From contig OZ244720.1 in the NCBI GenBank assembly GCA_965219085.1, positions 2,816,001-2,880,000 of the forward strand: DNA of 64,000 nucleotides. The letters run 5' to 3'. The translations under genes were made by a program, and so were the position numbers. Of the stretch, positions 61,020 through 64,000 are shown piece by piece; position 1 is the stretch's first letter; each line of letters opens with the position of its first letter. Source of the DNA: Dehalococcoidia bacterium. Its GTDB lineage: Bacteria > Chloroflexota > Dehalococcoidia > UBA2979. The notes below the pieces were generated by a model. That model was not told the origin of the DNA. It did no database searches and saw only the letters and a list, made by a program, of their open reading frames with translations.

Positions 61020-61658
61020 TTAGGGAATGATCAGCTCGTCACCCTCGAACAGGTTGGTGAGGCCATCGACGGTGGTGCCGTTGGCCGCCGCGAGCTCCTC
61101 GAGGGTCACATCGAACTCGAGCGCGATGCCGTAGGCCGTGTCGCCGGCCTGCACCACGTACGTGCGCGTCCCGGATTCGTCGGTGGTGGTGCCGTCGCCG
61201 GAGTCGGCGGCGTCTTCGCTATCGTCCCCGTCCTCCGAGTCGGCCGACTCGGCGCCCTCGGGGGTGTAGCCCTGGCGTATGCGGAGCTCCTGGCCGACGA
61301 AGATCAGCGCCGCGTTCTCGATGTCGTTGGCTTTCATGATGGCGTCGACGGTGGTGTCGAAGCGCTCGGCGATGGCGGACAGGCTGTCGCCTGGCTCGAC
61401 GGTGTACTCGATCTCCTCGCCGGCTGCGGCCGCGGTTGTGTCGGCTGCCTCGGGCGTTGGGGTCGCGACGATGGTGGCTTCCGGCTCGCTCGCGTAGGGC
61501 GTGGCGGTGGGGATGGGCGTGCCCTCGGCGGCGGGTTCGGGTGTGGGCTCGGCTTCGTCGTCGCCCCCGCAAGCGGCTGCGAGGAGCGACACGCCGACGA
61601 CCACGGCAAGCATCAGCCGGGCAAGCGCCGACCGCGACTGGATATGGATCAGGTGCAT
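61020..61658 (-). CDS. Lipoprotein with two LysM domains
   Basis: Lipobox AAAC; YTVEPGDSLSAIAERF and YVVQAGDTAYGIA. Confidence 0.9.
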   Translation of the reverse strand: MHLIHIQSRSALARLMLAVVVGVSLLAAACGGDDEAEPTPEPAAEGTPIPTATPYASEPEATIVATPTPEAADTTAAAAGEEIEYTVEPGDSLSAIAERFDTTVDAIMKANDIENAALIFVGQELRIRQGYTPEGAESADSEDGDDSEDAADSGDGTTTDESGTRTYVVQAGDTAYGIALEFDVTLEELAAANGTTVDGLTNLFEGDELIIP

Positions 61659-61729
61659 AGGCGGCTAACCATCCGAGCGTGCCCATCGTACCGTAGCGTG
61701 ACTCGGCGCGGCAAGTACGGGCCGAGGCG

Positions 61730-63082
61730 CTATCCGCCGTGCTCGGTCAGCAACTCACGGAGCAGCGCGGTCCCAACCTCGAGGAAGATCGAGAGGTCCT
61801 CGCGGAACACCGTGTCCAGGGTGTCGAGGGACGTGTGGATGAACTCCGAGCCCCCGCTGTGCACCGTGATCGACGGCACTCCCGCGCCCTCGAAGATCGT
61901 GTGATCCGAGGACGCGCCCATCGGGAAGTCGCCGACGGGGATGCCGTAGCCGAGCAGGTCGGCCACGGCCGCGCCACGCTCGGCGAGCGCGATGTCGCCC
62001 GGCACGAAGCGCGGCCCGTCGTGGGTCCGCTGCCCGATCCGCGCCACCATGTCGAAGTTGAGCATGAAGACCGTGTCGGACACGTCGTGCGCGTCCACGA
62101 ACGCCTGCGAGCCGAGCAACCCCACCTCCTCGGCGCCGAACGCGATCACGCACAGGCCCTCGACGCGATGCGTGCGGGCGAGCTCGATGATCAACGCCGT
62201 CCCCGAGGCGTTGTCGTTCGCTCCCGGGCCGTAGGGCACGGAGTCGTAGTGCGCGCCGAGGTATCCGCGGCACTCGCCGTTGCGCCCCACGACGTTCTGC
62301 GATGTCACTTCCCGCCTGCCAATGTCGGCCGTGACCGTGACCGGAGTGCCGTCCGCCGCCAGCGCGAGCAGCGCCTCGCGCGACTGGCCCGCGATGCCGA
62401 TCACGGGGATCGTCACGCTGGACAGTTCGCCGAGCGTGCCGCCAAAGAGTCCGGGGTCGTGGTTGACGATGACCACGCCCACGGCCCCCGAGTCCCGGGC
62501 GTTGGTCGCCTTGTCGCGGAACGGGACTACGCCGCGGTCGAGCAGGGCGATCGCCCCGCTCACGTCGACGCCCTCGAAATCCTCGGCGTCACCGAGACCG
62601 GCGTGGACAAGCGGCGCGGTCGCCTCGCCATTGCGGGAGCCGCCCAGCGCGAGCGCTTGCAGCGAAGGTCCCTCGCCCGCCGTCGCGAGCGAGGAGTGGT
62701 CGCCGCGGTACGTCGTGCCGAACTCCTCGATATCCACGACATAACCGGCGTCACGAAGCTGCGAGGCGATGTACTCGGCAGCCTCGCGCTCCGCGTCGGT
62801 CCCGGCGGGACGGATGCCAATGTCGACGGCGAGCACGCGCAGGTGCTCGAACGCACGGTCGACGTCGGGATCGCCCAGTTGCGAGCCCGTGAACACCGTC
62901 GACAGGTCGACGGTTGGTGTGGGCGTCGCGGTCGCCGGCGGGGCGGTCGCTGTCGGCGACGCGTCGGCCGGCGTGCGCGCCGGCGCGGTGGCGACGGCGT
63001 CGGACTCGTCGCCACCTGAACAGGCTGCGAGCAGGAGCGCGGCGAGCGCCAGCAGGAGCCATCGATGTGCGAAGTGCGTCAT
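61730..63082 (-). CDS. M28-family aminopeptidase lipoprotein with PA domain
   Basis: LAAC lipobox, GAHYDSV, PGANDNASG, AEEVGLLGS, NFDMV, SDH. Confidence 0.92.
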   Translation of the reverse strand: MTHFAHRWLLLALAALLLAACSGGDESDAVATAPARTPADASPTATAPPATATPTPTVDLSTVFTGSQLGDPDVDRAFEHLRVLAVDIGIRPAGTDAEREAAEYIASQLRDAGYVVDIEEFGTTYRGDHSSLATAGEGPSLQALALGGSRNGEATAPLVHAGLGDAEDFEGVDVSGAIALLDRGVVPFRDKATNARDSGAVGVVIVNHDPGLFGGTLGELSSVTIPVIGIAGQSREALLALAADGTPVTVTADIGRREVTSQNVVGRNGECRGYLGAHYDSVPYGPGANDNASGTALIIELARTHRVEGLCVIAFGAEEVGLLGSQAFVDAHDVSDTVFMLNFDMVARIGQRTHDGPRFVPGDIALAERGAAVADLLGYGIPVGDFPMGASSDHTIFEGAGVPSITVHSGGSEFIHTSLDTLDTVFREDLSIFLEVGTALLRELLTEHGG

Positions 63083-63150
63083 CTCACCCTCGGGGGGAGC
63101 GCCGGTGTCGTATCGGTGGTGGGAGCGAGCGACGGGGGTGCCCGCCGCTC

Positions 63151-64000
63151 CTAGCTTCGATCGTAAAACAAAAGCTGGCCCGCGTAACCCGCGTGATCGC
63201 CGAATCTGTCGCGAGCCCACTCGATCAGACGCACGTTCTGCCCCCCGGGTGTGTATGTCTTGCCGTAGTACTGCTTGAGGGCTGCGCCGATGTTGGTGTC
63301 CACCGGGAACGCCTCGGGCTTGTCGAGGGAGAACAGGCACACGCAGTCGGCAATCTTCGGACCGATGCCCCTGTAACTCATCAGTCGGCCCCGGGCTTGC
63401 TCGTGAGAGCGATGGATAAGGTCGTCCAGGTCCAGGAAGCCATCAGTGACATCCCTCCCGACGGTCCAAATCAGACGACCTCGGCCGAGCCCCAGCCGCA
63501 GGCTCCCCAATGCGTCCGCGCCAACCTCGAACAGGCGTTGAGCGGAGGGGAAGGCATTCAGTTGCACGTCATCCAGGGCCTGATCCTCACCGTACTTGTC
63601 GGCCAGCTGCCCTACGATCGCCGCGATCCCCTCGACGCTGTTGTTCTGTGAGCAGATGTAGGCAACGAGGCACTCCCATGGGTCTTGGCGTAGCAGCCGC
63701 ATCCCGCCGTGCTTCTCCACCAGCGTCGCCATCTTCGCGTCCACCTCACGGAGCGCGGCGTGGACAGGCTCGATGTTCTCGTCGAGGCGGAAGTAGTGCT
63801 CGACGTGGGAGCGGATCGACTCCTCGGGGACGTTGCTGCGGAACTCGATGCCGGCCTCGGAGTTGCGGACCTTGATCGCGTGGCCGCCGACGACGCCGTA
63901 GAGCCAGCCATCGCGCTCGCCCGCGCGCTCCGTCCAACGGAACGCCTGGTCGCGGAGCCAACCGACTTCGAGCTTGAAGGGGTGACGCGCCGGAAGCTCC
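63151..64000 (-). CDS. 8-oxoguanine DNA glycosylase, OGG1-like HhH-GPD (5' end outside the window)
   Basis: Frame open to the window edge: QAFRW, YFRLD, RLLRQDPWECL..YICSQNN, GIGPKIADCVCLF, FPVDT. Confidence 0.9.
   Translation of the reverse strand, partial: ELPARHPFKLEVGWLRDQAFRWTERAGERDGWLYGVVGGHAIKVRNSEAGIEFRSNVPEESIRSHVEHYFRLDENIEPVHAALREVDAKMATLVEKHGGMRLLRQDPWECLVAYICSQNNSVEGIAAIVGQLADKYGEDQALDDVQLNAFPSAQRLFEVGADALGSLRLGLGRGRLIWTVGRDVTDGFLDLDDLIHRSHEQARGRLMSYRGIGPKIADCVCLFSLDKPEAFPVDTNIGAALKQYYGKTYTPGGQNVRLIEWARDRFGDHAGYAGQLLFYDRS

Overview
High-GC bacterial chromosome segment. The gene content and protein style suggest Chloroflexota/Dehalococcoidia, but this is an inference. Most of the window is housekeeping: mraZ-rsmH-ftsL-ftsI, trmD-rplS, priA-def-yajC-secDF, selB, hemW, aspS, a peptide ABC transporter, tig-clpP-clpX, tlyA-nadK, frdABCD, fumC, mdh, icd, a carboxyltransferase beta subunit and an OGG1-like glycosylase. 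The main accessory region (30.4-43.0 kb) is a tandem array of four paralogous secreted gluzincin-like genes, two of them broken by nested IS elements. The most notable feature is an intact IS1111-type (IS110 family) element inserted into an IS3 transposase gene. Its 3' non-coding region contains bridge/seekRNA guide segments that match the reconstructed target CCGCATAG|CAGCCTG exactly, and that target encodes the P-H-S-S-L motif of IS3 transposases. The element's right end is present five times in tandem, and every junction falls exactly at an AG core, which suggests repeated self-targeted recombination. Smaller islets include a 2.2-kb insert flanked by a duplicated secF 3' end, a 428-bp insert flanked by a perfect 31-bp repeat, and a lower-GC wHTH + GHKL-ATPase gene pair that is a candidate defence system.
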